64,000 bases of DNA, from positions 51,708,001 through 51,772,000 of the forward strand of contig NC_043000.1 of NCBI RefSeq assembly GCF_006345805.1. The letters run 5' to 3'. The stretch's first letter is position 1. Each line of letters starts with the position of its first letter. Positions 51,414 to 64,000 of this stretch are shown here, piece by piece. The notes under the pieces were generated by a model that had not been told where the DNA came from, did no database searches, and was given only the letters and a program-made list of their open reading frames with translations. The stretch comes from Octopus sinensis (taxonomy: Eukaryota). The translations under genes and the position numbers were made by a program.

Positions 51414-53057
51414 CGTAAAGTTTCTTTAGCAAATGAATTGACCTTTTAAGAAGAGACTACATCTATAGGAATCAGTTGGTTCTATTTTCTGCAGTTTACA
51501 GTGCTGCTATTCTATCGAGTGCTTTGGCCAACAAAAGAAACTCATAAACATTTGCTATTATTCCATTTCTTTGTCTTATCTATTATTTCATCTAAATTAC
51601 CATTGTTTCTCTGTGCTAAGTGTAGATTTATTTGAAAAATCCATCCTGCTTTGTTTTGTAAATACTCTCATCACATTTCACATTGTTATCACCGTGGAAG
51701 AAAAAAATAAGTTCAAGTTATCTTCATTTCTGTTTTCTATCTTTCGTTCTTTCGTGTTTCTTATCCTCCTGTTCCAAATGAAGTATATTAGTTCATAAAT
51801 GAAACTTCAAAATCTGATAACTAAGTTAGATTCTGACATTGTAGGTTTAAGAGATTTAAGCATTTTTTCTTTTGTTTGTCATTTTTGCCTTTATATTTAT
51901 TTATTTATTTATTTGCTGTTTGTTTTTGTTTTTTGTTTGTTGTAAAATAAAATATCAAAAATAATCAATGGCATATAGCTGAAAAATGGCAATTACAAAA
52001 TAAATTTAATTGTATGTTGTAAAGATTTTATTTTCATGTCCTATAAATAAAATTCAATAAATTTATAAATGAAATTAGGCAATGTAATTTCCTGTAAAGA
52101 TAATTCTTGTATTCAAAAATTCAGTGCCATTGCAAGATATTTACTATTTATAAGATTTATTCAGTGTAATTAATTTTCCATTAATGGATTTTCTACTTCT
52201 CTTTGTTTAAAATTATCTTCTCTCTGTCTCTCTCTCTTTCACTTTGTGTCTCTGTTTTTCTCTCTTTCTTTGTCTATTTGCTTCTCTCCATTGTCTGTCT
52301 CTCTCTCTCTCTCTCTCTCCCCCTCCCCCTCTCTCTCTCATATAGGAAGAATTAAATAGTAATAGTTTATTAAGTTTCATTTTTGGTTTGAAAATAAAGA
52401 AGAAGAAAGAAATATTTTCCTTTGCTTATGTCTCTTGAAATTAGGTTATCTAGCAGATTCCACTTATTACCAACAGTAGTTTGTGAGTTTGTTAAAGCTG
52501 TCTTTTGTTTTTGTATGTGTGTATGTGTATTTTTCTTTCTGATTCTGCTTGACCAAGCACTATGTGCTTAAGGTTATTAAAATTCTGCTAATCTTAGCTC
52601 ATTCTAGAATGTTTCTAGAACGTACTAACCATTGACTCGATAAGAAATCTGTCAACGAAAAATCTCATCAATTGCATAGCCAGTTTTCAAGCTGCAAACC
52701 CCACTCCCCATTAACCTTACAATATTCCTTATAGGATTGGTTGTAGTATTGATTAGAATCAGACATATTGTCCTCCAGTTACTGCATGAAAGCAAAAATA
52801 AAATATCCATTCTTAGTGAACCTAATATTATGGTTTCCTTCTTCATTCTTCTTTATTTCGTATGTCTTCTGGCTAGAGAAAATTAGTATTTCATTTGTTA
52901 CAAAAGCACACTTAAAGCACAACTTCTGAGCTGAACAAGTTTTGTATCCTCACTCTTGAAATGGTATTCTCTTAAGAAAAACTCAGATCTTAAGACTTCC
53001 ATTTAAGTATATTAATCAATGCAGCTTTCGAAGCTGTAGACTTCATGAAGATAAATG

Positions 53058-53094
<37 letters not shown>

Positions 53095-53666
53095 GGTTGT
53101 ATTACACTTTCTTCCCCCATGGGCTATATTACTTTATAGATCTAAATATAGCAATCAGATTTTTACAAGTATACATACTGAAACATACTTCACCATTATG
53201 TTTGAGTCTCAACAAAATGTAAAACAAAATTACATACCTACATATAAATTTTAATACTCAAACAACTATACACACAACACCTAAAAGCAATTCAAAGAAA
53301 ATATGTTCAATATTTTCAGTTTGGGTTCACTGAAGGGTTGTATCTTGTCTTGTTGTAATTAGTTATATCTCTTTTTATTCTGAGTCCAGATTCTGTTGAG
53401 TTTCACTTTATCTTCCACCATTTCAGGGCGATAAAATAAAATAACAGTCAGATGTTACTTTAATCATTTAGTCCTGTGTCTATGTTAAAAATAATTATTA
53501 ATATTCAACCAATCACCATCCTTCTTACAAATATGTATAAAAATTTAGATTAGAAATTTCTTCATGATAACTAAAGTGTTTTCTAATCTGTCTTCTCTGG
53601 ATATTCACACTAAATTTTTCAGGCTACATTTTGAAGTTAGAACCTTTATTCCTAAACAGAGAATAT

Positions 53667-53895
53667 CAATACTTTCCTTACCAATTTCCTGTTGAAATGC
53701 ACTGCCACTGTTTCCATAAGTTTTGAAAGTAATGATGAATTTAGTAAAATAACTGTCATTATCATTATTAAACTGACACTTGGAAAATTAGCATAAAGTT
53801 CAGATAGAAGGTTTTAAATTTAAATCCCTTTAAAGCAAGAAGTTTGTATCACAGGACTAAAGGTAGTGTCAGGCAGCTTCGTATCCAAAGGTTAA
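53667..53895. mobile_element. Possible piggyBac-type MITE remnant
   Basis: Right end ...gtatccaaaggTTAA resembles a piggyBac terminus plus TTAA; left end is degenerate. Confidence 0.3.
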
Positions 53896-54752
53896 ATATT
53901 TTAACCTACCTGTACCATATTCCATTATGCAATAAGATTTAAGTTCATTTGCTGAGATTTAGCTCCACATGAATTGTAATTGATCAGATTTATGATAAAA
54001 GGTGCCTCAACCATGACTTACAGGTCAAGAAATGATGTAGAGGCTTCCTTATTGCCTCATTGAAGTTCAAAAGTCTTAGTAATAGATGACATGCAGAGTG
54101 GTTAAAAAAAGCAAAGCTGCTTCTATAACATTTTTCATGTTAGTAGAAGGGAAACTTTAAGATGGTATTTTTAGCATGGCATTGAATGGTGGGCGTAATA
54201 GGCTGGATCTGGCTGGTTAAAACAGGTACTATATTTGGGCTGGATATAGCCAGATTAAATCTGAAAGGCAAAACTGAAACATTGAACTGGTTTATATGTT
54301 GTACTTATTGACTTAGCAGTCTGTTGTTTCTGAATCTCTTACCACGTAGATTTAAAAAGATAGGGAAGTCCCTGTTAACCACCTAACGTTATTATTATGA
54401 GGTAATTGTTTATTAAAACAGATATTTTCGAAATGCTTGTATGTTTCAGATTAAATTAAATTGCTAATTGGCAACCTTCTTGTCATTACCGTAAGAGTCC
54501 TATTTTTAAGAATAGGGCAAGAGGTGTCAAAGTAAAATTTCTAACATATCCAGCTATGAGAAAATGAAAGATATTGATCTTGGAACAGTCATATATATGC
54601 TGAAATATATCAGGAATCATCCAATTTGTTCTTGCAATGGATGGTGTTGACAAAAGATATAACAATATAACAAAATATAAACTAATAGTGTGAGTAAAAG
54701 CGTGTAAGCATGCGTGCATGTCTGTGTATGAGAGATAGATAGATAGATAGAA

Positions 54753-54799
<47 letters not shown>

Positions 54800-55531
54800 G
54801 TGAGTGAGTGAGAGAAGCAGATAGAAAGGATGGGTTTAGCTATTAATCAAAAGACTTAGATATTTCATTTATTTGGTGCTTGAATTGATGACATTTCAAG
54901 CAGAATGTGACTATAAGCTATTCCGAGAGAAGCTAATTGAATTAAGAGTAGAGATACTTCTGAGAGAAACTTTTTAACATAACAAACTGGTTATTCTCAA
55001 GTGTATTTTCTCCATAGCAAACCTAATTAAATTGAATATCTTAGAGACTAAAAACAATCTTTATGTTTTCCTTTCCATTCAATATTACTAAAAAAAAGAC
55101 AAATAAATTCAGTGTGTATGTGGGGGTGGGGTGTATGTGTAACTGTGTATATCTGTATATATATATATATATATATATAAACAATTATATGCATATATAT
55201 GTATATATATATGTGTGTATATAGCATCAGTTTCAGCCATGCTGGGGCACAAATATGTGTGTGTGTGTTTATATATATATGTATACACACTCGCATGACA
55301 ACAACAACAATGATAGCAATGGATATCTTTAAAACAGGCCTAAGATTAATTTTTGTCGGAGCCAGGTTCAATCAATTGGATTGAAAGAACCCATATATAT
55401 ATATATATATTACTGGTACTTAGGCTGTTTGGTACTGTTGACATTTTCCATTTCAACATATCCCTTAACTTAAAAGAAAGTAAATTGAATTTTCCCTACA
55501 AGGAATTTCTGGAACCAAAGTAAGACATTGT

Positions 55532-56052
<521 letters not shown>

Positions 56053-56054
56053 TA

Positions 56055-56535
56055 TTGCATTAATTCTTTGACTAGCATGCTGAGAAAATCTAGACCTGCT
56101 TACAAGTTTGTTAAGAACAGGGAGGAAATAAATAAATAAATAAATAATCTGTTATACATATCTTTGAACTGAAACTATATCTGAATTAAAATATGATCTT
56201 GCTTCTCTTATTCAAATGGTAAATATATTTCGCAAATATAGTGGCATGGCATTTGGGATGAATAACTAGAAATTTGAGTGAATAAGTATGCAGTAGTAAT
56301 TATGGAGAGAGGTCAAAAGATTAAATCTGATCAGATAAAGATATTACAAGATGATATCAGATCACTGAAAGATATTGAGAAGTGCTGTTCTGCAGGATGA
56401 GGAAATGAATGTGAGGGAAAATCTCCTAAGAGGACAAGAGAAGGATTAGGTAGGTACTTGAAACAAAACTAAATGGAGATATTATAACCAGAGTTTCAGT
56501 ACTCAAGCCTTGCTAATGTTGAGATATTCTGCTCC
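56055..56535 (+). pseudogene. Decayed reverse transcriptase fragment of R4/Dong-like type
   Basis: Broken frames give LTSMLRKSRPAYKFVKNREEIN, INNLLYI..LKLY, KYDLASLIQMVNIFRKYSGMAFG, NKYAVVIMERG, VLETKLNGDIITR and MLRYSA, in the order of R4-clade RT motifs (INHLLYMDDLKLY, DIGMEFG.DKCA, SKLNGGN...LRYS). Confidence 0.75.
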
Positions 56536-56747
56536 ATGCCTTCAAGTCCATGTAAAAAAAAAGAAGTTATTATTACAGTTACAGTAATTATCAATATTTT
56601 CAATGATGCTTTTGCTCTGGCAGATATTATACTGACGCTATACCAAAAGAGAGAGCCATATCAAAGGGGCAAAGGTTCTTTGGATCATTCCTTCTTCAAC
56701 TTTCTAATACCCTCCTGAAAATCTTTGCTGTTCCTAACAAGGCTGTT

Positions 56748-56820
56748 TTCTGCAACAGCCCCAATATGGTGGTAACTTTTCGGCAACAGCCCTGTACTGG
56801 TGGTAATTTTTCTGCAACAT
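56748..56820 (+). repeat. About 30-bp tandem repeat, roughly 2.5 copies
   Basis: ttttc(t/g)gcaacagcc...tggtggtaa recurs. Confidence 0.75.
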
Positions 56821-56821
56821 T

Positions 56822-57038
56822 CTTCTTTTCTACTCTAGGCACAAGGCCCAAAAATTTTGGGGAGGGGGCCAGTCAATTGGATTGACCCCAGTACACAACT
56901 GGTACTGAATTTATCAACCCCGAAAGGATGCAAGGCAAAATCGACCGTAGTGGTATTTGATCTCAGAATGTAAAGACTACTGAAATATCGCTAAGCATTT
57001 CTCCCAGCGTGCTAACATTTCTGCCAGCTTGCTACCTT
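56822..57038 (-). mobile_element. SINE A (left arm of an inverted pair)
   Basis: Full family sequence on the - strand. Confidence 0.88.
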
Positions 57039-57068
57039 TGCAACATTATTATTATTACTATTATTATT

Positions 57069-57283
57069 AAGGTGATGAGCTGGCAGAATTGTTAGCATGC
57101 TGGATGAAATGCTTTGCAGTATTTCACCTGTTGCTCCATTCTGAGTTCAAAATCCACCAAGGTCAACTTTGCCTTTCATCCTTAAGGGGTTGATAAATTA
57201 AGTACCAGTTGTGAACTGGGGTGAATCTAATCGACAGGCCCCCCTCCTCCACAATTCCCGGCCTTGTGCCTATAGTAGAAAGG
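57069..57283 (+). mobile_element. SINE A (right arm of an inverted pair)
   Basis: Full family sequence; 30-bp ATT-rich spacer to the left arm. Confidence 0.88.
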
Positions 57284-57449
57284 ATTATTATTATCATTAT
57301 TACTACTACTAAGGGACAAGTTGGCAGAACCATGAGCACACCAGGTGAAATGATTAGTGGCATTTTGTCTATACTTACTTAAAAATGGCATAACTGAATA
57401 TTGCCAGGGCATTTAGTGTCTCACTTCATCAGTCAAAGCGATGATAATC

Positions 57450-57665
57450 ATTTCTGGCATAAGCACAAGGATGCAATGTTTAAAGAAAAGTCACTCTATT
57501 AAATTGACACCAGTGCTTGATTGATACTTTATTTTATTGATGCTGGAGGGAGGAAAAGCAAGGTTGATCTTAGAAGGATTTGAACGTAGTATGTAAAAAG
57601 CTTGAACAAATACCCTAAGGAATTTTGTCTGATGCTCCAATAATTCTTGCAATCTGCCTCTGTAT
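57450..57665 (-). mobile_element. Old SINE A copy
   Basis: gcacaagg...attgacaccagtgc...gcaaggttgatc...atttgaac. Confidence 0.55.
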
Positions 57666-57994
57666 TGTAATAATAACAGTGTTTGCATTTAACTATGGAA
57701 TCTACTTCAGATCTGAGGCAGTTACAGAAGAAATTGGTATTTAATGAAACTTATTCTTTTTGCTCGAAGTAATTGTGCTTTTCTTTCTCTTTGCATTAAG
57801 ATTAGAATAAGAGATTAGAAACTGGCAAAAAAAAAAATGGTACCAAAACAAAAACAAAAAGAAAAAGAAAGAAAGCTAAAGCTATGTTATGTATGGAAAC
57901 AAAACCTGTGAAATGTGTAAATATTAAACAGCATAAATAAAACTTTAAAAAAAAAGTTACTTGTAACTGAAATGATGAATTATGATGAATGTGA

Positions 57995-58018
57995 GGGTTG
58001 AGGGTTGGGGAGGGGGGG
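57995..58018 (+). other. G-quadruplex-forming motif
   Basis: GGG ttga GGG tt GGGG a GGGGGGG. Confidence 0.7.
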
Positions 58019-58373
58019 AAGATTGAAGGAGGGAATGAGGAAGGAAGGAAGAATGATTCAAACGAGTGTTGTTAAAAAAACTAACAACACAAATAAAATT
58101 TGATATTGTCATAATAATAGCATATTAGCAACAAAAGTAGCAACAATAGTAAAGGCAAATTGGATAATGAATTGATTTTTCTTTAGAATTTTTTTTGTTT
58201 TTTTTTGTTTATTAAGAGATAGCATTTGTTGTTATTTCACCATTTCATCAAGAATATCAATGATATTCGAATAATGAAAAATTGGAAGAGGGAAGAAAAA
58301 AAGAGGAAATGGAATAGCTTCTGGCTTACACATATTGCATTCATATATATACATATATATACATACGCACACG

Positions 58374-58441
<68 letters not shown>

Positions 58442-59098
58442 CACACACACATGCATACAAATGTGCATAGACTCTCAACGTTGAATGGGAATCTAACTAG
58501 AGAAAGATTACATGACTTCAGAAAAATCGTATAATGTTGTTTTCTTACTGTTTATCAAACTACATAATCATGTGAAAAAGGTATTCATTCACATTGTTCT
58601 GTGATTGCTTCTATCTTCATCTTTTATTCTTTATAACAACCAGTCCAGAACAATGAATACTGAAGTTAAAAAGTGTACTCATTCTTTATGTGTGTGTGTT
58701 CATAAATGTTATTTCATTTCTATATCAGAAGGTGTTTGCAAAATGCAAAATATATTTTGGTATAATTTACAACACTCATATATTACAATAAACCATATAA
58801 ATGCATGCAAACTTGTACTCAGATACATACAGATAGATTGATAGAAAGATGTCTATTTATGTGTGTGAATCTCTTTCTCTCCCTTCCCCTCTCTCTCTCT
58901 ATATATATATGTATGTATACATATATACACACATATATATACACACGATATATATGTGTGTGTTTATATAATATATATATATATATATATATAGTAAGTA
59001 TAAAAAAAGAACAAGTAAAAAAACTACAACGCTAGGACATGGTATATGTAAAGTATTACCAGACGCTCAGTATGTATGTATGAATGTATGTATGTATG

Positions 59099-59149
<51 letters not shown>

Positions 59150-59858
59150 ATATATGTATATATACATACATACATACAACCACCTCTATGCACACATTAT
59201 CAGAATGGATACCTTATACACTTAACTCATATAAGTTATGTTGTTTCTTCATTCGAATTCTATTTTTTGTACTTCTTTATTAATATTTGTTTTGTAGTGC
59301 TATGTTCTCACTTTTGTATTTTTATCTTTCTAAATACATCTTACACACACATCATACACACACACATACAAACACAAACACTTACGTAATAAGATGAACA
59401 CATTGAATAAAGCAAGTTGTAAATTCTTGTTTAATCAATTGTAAAATATTTCACTTATGTTAGGTAATGTTAAGAAATGCATGCACATTACACATTGCCT
59501 GATTCTCCCTTTCAAACTTGACTGGAGTTTATTCCACTGATCAAAAACCAGAAAAGATTGTAGAATTGTCTTTCTGAGTTTTTTTCTTTTACTTTCGTTT
59601 TACATAACATAAAGTCATTTTATATAGATAATGGCATAAGGGTGGCTGTGTAGTTAAGAAGTTTGTTCTCTAACAACATGGTTTTGAGTTCAGTCCTACT
59701 GCATGGTACCTTAGGCAAGTGTTTTCTACTTCATCTCAGGCTGACCAAAATCTTGTGAGAAGATTTCACAGACATAAACAATAATATTATTACTGAAATA
59801 TGAAATTAATGAATGTAGAATACAACTATGTATATTATAACTGATGTACATTATAACT

Positions 59859-60166
59859 GTGAAGGTGCGTGGCTTAGTGGTTAGAGGCATTTGGCTCATG
59901 ATCGTAAGGTCATGAGTTCAATTCACGTTGGCACGTTGTATCCTTAAGCAAGACACTTTATTTCATGTTGCTCCAGTCCATTCAGCTGGCAAAAATGAGT
60001 AGTCAGCTTTGTCCCACTTTGTGTCACGCTGAATCTCCCCGAAAACTACGTTAAGGGTACATGTGTCTGTGGATTGCTCAGCTACTTGCATGTTAATTTC
60101 ACGAGCAAGCTGTTCTGTTGATCGCATCAGCTGGGACCCTCATTGTCGCAACCAACGGAGTGCTCC
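59859..60166 (+). mobile_element. SINE C2 full length with 12-bp TSD
   Basis: tggcttagtggttag (A box), gagttcaattc (B box); TSD tacattataact at 59847-59858 and 60167-60178. Confidence 0.92.
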
Positions 60167-60366
60167 TACATTATAACTAATGAAACAGTTTGTATAATAT
60201 AAGAGAAATGAGTCCCAAATTGTTTGATATGTGTCAGCGCCTTTTTTTCTATGTGTTTATTCCACCTAACCTTAGAACCTGGTTATGCTACAGGTCTCCA
60301 ACTTTCTTTTTAAGACTGTAGAGAGATTTAATTGTCATTTGAAGCTGACTAAGCAATCATGTAGAG

Positions 60367-60502
60367 CAGTGTTTCTCAACCGGGCAGATGAAAAAACATT
60401 GGAAAGATATGGTATATAATTTTGTTTGTGCAGGGTTTCCTTGAGACATGTAATTTATTTTAAGGGTTACGCTAGGGTAAAAAGGTAGAAGATCTTATAC
60501 TG
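60367..60502. mobile_element. hAT-type MITE remnant
   Basis: Starts cagtgtttctcaacc, a typical hAT/Charlie terminal repeat; right end is degenerate (aaaaaggtagaaga...actg). Confidence 0.45.
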
Positions 60503-60855
60503 ATTACAAGCATTAGTAAATATACTAAGGAAGTGGGTTGTCCTTCAATACCATTCCTATTCCATTGCTATATGGTAAGTGTCAGAGAAAGAAATCAATA
60601 TAAAACTTCATCCAATAGTAAGCAAATGAAGTATGCCACTCACATATGGTGGTATGATAAAATATGTGTAAAAGTATATAAACAAGTCTCTCGCTCTTTT
60701 TATTTTCAGTTTCTTATATTATAGTCTCTCTCTCTCTTTCTCTCTCTCTCTCTCCATATATTGTGTGTGTGTGTGTGTGTGTTAGCCGAGTGTAAAAGAA
60801 CAAAGGGAAAGGTGATAAACTTTCCTACGCATGGACACGAAATAAAACTATAGTA

Positions 60856-61130
60856 TATGTATATGCACTGTACTTGTGTTCATCTATTAATATACACAAT
60901 TTATACAATTCAAACAATTATTTCAGTCCCCAGGGTATGCAAAGGCCATATATACAACCTGTTCTTCCAGACCAGACCGACAACAAAGCATACACACACA
61001 CACACATTTATATTCTTTGCTATTGGGTTGTATATATGCCCTTTGCACACTGTGGAGACTGAAGTCATTGTTGGAATTGTATAAATAGTGTATATTAAAT
61101 AAGTGGATACAAGTTCAATGCATATACATA
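60856..61130. mobile_element. Fold-back element with about 105-bp inverted arms
   Basis: 60856-60960 vs the reverse complement of 61026-61130 match at roughly 80% by eye; about 65-bp spacer containing (CA)n. Confidence 0.85.
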
Positions 61131-61285
61131 TGAATGTGTGCCTGTGTTTGCATATATGCATTCACACACATGCATACACCGATATGTACAAATGCTTATA
61201 TGTAATACACACAAACATATATGCATACATTACAGAATCGCTATTGAGAAAAACAGGTGGATTTCTGTGTGTATGTTTATGTAAA

Positions 61286-61318
<33 letters not shown>

Positions 61319-61944
61319 GTATGTATATGTATAGAGAGAAAGAGAGAGAGAGTCATTATTTCATGTCTGTTTATGTGCAGGAAAGTGTATCATCTTTCCG
61401 TTTGTTTATTTTCACTTGGCTAACATTGATTCAGTAATTTATCAGTATTGATTACTAATTTGTAAACATTTCCAATTATTTAAAGTCTGGAAGCTGATCA
61501 ATCCGAGCATCTCTGAGTGGGTGTTTGTATATGTATGTGCGTCTATATATACACATATGCATACATAAATAAAGCATATATATATATATATATATATATC
61601 CATACATACATACAATTACATGTACATACATATGTGTATGTATATAAATATGTATGTATAAATATATATAAATATATATATATACATACATTTATGCTTG
61701 CTCATGCTTGCACATACAAACACTTATACATCCATAAATTTGGTGTATGAAACTCTGAGTAACAAAGAACTAAATCACAAACTGTTAATTTCTAAATATA
61801 TATATTGATATATGCAGATGTATATAAATACTGCGTATCTGAACAGTACATACATACATACATACATATTTAGTCTTACCTTTACATATGTATGTATGTA
61901 CATACACACTTACGGACGTATGTATGTACTGAGGTATATTGCTT

Positions 61945-62107
61945 ATAGCTACAGCATTACTCACTTGATCATAAGATTGTGGTTTTGATTCCTGAACTGG
62001 GCGATACATTGTGTTCCTGAGCAGAACACTTCATTTCACATTGTCCTGATCCACTCAGCTGGCAAAAATGAGTAGTCCTGCAATGGACTGACTTCCTGTC
62101 TGGTGGG
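61945..62107 (+). mobile_element. SINE C3, decayed
   Basis: gatcataagattgtggttttgattcc...gtgttcctgagcagaacacttcatttcac...cctgcaatggactg. Confidence 0.75.
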
Positions 62108-62177
62108 ATAGGAAGCTTGATTCAATACTGCTTGGCATTTTGTCCGACACTATGATTCTACCATCAACCACTGTACC

Positions 62178-62216
<39 letters not shown>

Positions 62217-62221
62217 GATAT

Positions 62222-62268
<47 letters not shown>

Positions 62269-62403
62269 TACATATGTTATATATATATATATCATACATA
62301 TGTATATATATATATATATACATACTATGTATATATGTGTATATATGTATGATGATGATGATATATTTATATATTCATCCCTGTTTGTATATATATGTAT
62401 ATA

Positions 62404-62445
<42 letters not shown>

Positions 62446-62454
62446 GTATCAGGC

Positions 62455-62660
62455 AAACTGGAGATTCGTTTGCATGCCAGGCATAATTGCTTAGTGGCAT
62501 TTCATCTGTCTTATGTTCTAAGTCAAATTCTGCCAATGCTGACTTTGCCTTCATCCTTTTTGGGGGTCAATAAAATAAGTACAAATTGAGCACTGGGATC
62601 AGTGTAATCGACTTATCCCCCCTTCCTGAAATTGCTGGCCTTGTGCCAAAATTTGAAATC
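62455..62660 (+). mobile_element. SINE A (A2 tail), decayed
   Basis: gactttgccttcatcctttt...taatcgacttatcc...gctggccttgtgccaaaatttgaaatc. Confidence 0.8.
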
Positions 62661-63386
62661 AATACACACACACACAAATATTCTTGCAAAAGCTGTAATG
62701 TGAATATATATGTAAAACGCATGCATGTTTGTGTGTGTATATATATATATATACATACATGCACATAGGCAAACACACATGCATATACAATCTACTTTGT
62801 TCTGTATTATAAGCAATATAAATGGTAGCACCACGCTATAATCAATAGTATAACAGTTTGTATTTTGCTTGTCTTCTCCACACAAGTAAGTAATCAATTC
62901 TCTCCCTCAGTCTGACTTGTCAAGAAATCAAATTGTTATCTTTCCTCCGTTACTCTTGCAGGAAAACCAAATTATTCTTTCGTTCCATCATCCCCATACC
63001 GAGAAAAAAAAAATCAATTCCTTTTTTTGTCTGTCTGTCTGTCTCTGTCTATACCTCTGTCTGTCTATTGTCCCTTGCTCTCTCTCTCTCTTTTGCTCTC
63101 TCTCTCTCTCTCTCTCTCTCTTGCTCTCTCTTCCCCAGTCTTTTCATGAACATGCTTGATGTCTCTTTCTCACCCTGTATACTCACACAGACACACATTT
63201 CTGCACTACATCTCTCTTTCTAATCTTGATCTTCATCTCTGTCTCGCTATCTCACCATTTTCTCTATAAAATAAAGTTGAATCTTACACCCCACTCCATT
63301 ATTCTAATCACATACATTTAACACGAAGTAGAAATCCGAAAACAAGCTATTTCTGTAATTGGCATATATGTGTACATTCTTATATA

Positions 63387-63617
63387 GATTTCTTTACTAC
63401 CCACAAGGGGCTAAACACAGAGAGGACAAACAAGGACAGACAAACAGATTAAGTCGATTACATCGACCCCAGTGCGTAACTGGTACTTAATTTATCGACC
63501 CCGAAAGGATGAAAGGCAAAGTCGACCTTGGCAGAATTTGAACCCAGAACATAATGGCAGACGAAATTCGGCTATGCATTTCGCCCGGTGTGCTAACGTT
63601 TCTGCCAGCTCGCCGCC
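63387..63617 (-). mobile_element. SINE A1 with 10-bp TSD
   Basis: Same subfamily as 17707; ttcttatata at 63377-63386 and 63622-63631. Confidence 0.93.
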
Positions 63618-63660
63618 TATGTTCTTATATATGTATAAGTACATGTGTGTGTGTATGAAC

Positions 63661-63966
63661 ATTATCCTCCCAAGCACAAGTCCAAGCAAGGTTGTTTATG
63701 GAAGACCAGCAGTACCCCATGCATACCAGCCTTCCCCTCTTCATACCACTGATGTTATCCAAGGGAAAGGATGAAGGCCAATACAGCTTGGCGCCAGTGA
63801 TGTCGCAGCTTGTTTCTTTCTATAGCTGAGTGAATGGGAAATAAAATGAGCAACAAGAAATAAAGAATCTTGCTCAAGCACACAACATACATCCTGGTCT
63901 GTGAGTTGAACTCACTACTCATGACAGTGAGCCCGACACTTAAACCACTGAGCTGTGCACCTTCAC
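63661..63966 (-). mobile_element. SINE C1
   Basis: Reverse complement of the family sequence seen at 46101, from the head through to the aggttgtttatggaagaccagcag region. Confidence 0.87.
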
Positions 63967-64000
63967 ACACACATGCGCGCACATACACATACACACACAC

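Noticed and set aside
50181-54640. Further AG-led open segments (GVKVMGQGTAV.., VYSAAILSSALANKRNS*, GLVVVLIRIRHIV.., SYEKMKDIDLGTV..)
   Set aside because: Expected by chance in AT-rich DNA; donors are weak or absent and no domain is recognised

Overview
AT-rich, microsatellite-dense eukaryotic DNA. The repeat landscape looks like an octopus/coleoid cephalopod genome; this is inferred from repeat content only. I cannot support any host protein-coding gene, tRNA, rRNA or CRISPR array, and nearly all ORFs in the supplied track are microsatellite read-throughs. The protein-like sequence I can support belongs to decayed non-LTR retrotransposons: (i) an RTE-like 3' end with three C2H2 fingers (21221-21625, -); (ii) an R4/Dong-like restriction-like endonuclease end (21688-22278, +) and a matching RT fragment (56055-56535, +); (iii) several RTE 3' ends with (GAT)n tails. 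The window also holds dozens of tRNA-derived SINE copies from at least four modular families (my labels A-D), non-autonomous Helitrons, Penelope-like ends, MITE-like fold-backs, LTR-like segments and composite minisatellites. The most interesting signals are: a step in CpG decay between about 27 and 31 kb, seen by comparing paralogous repeat copies and suggesting the edge of a methylated gene body; mobile families sitting in family-specific microsatellites, including a likely (TACA)n-associated R4/Dong-like element; and closely spaced inverted SINE pairs able to form long dsRNA. Family assignments come from remembered motifs, not database searches, and boundaries of old repeats are approximate.
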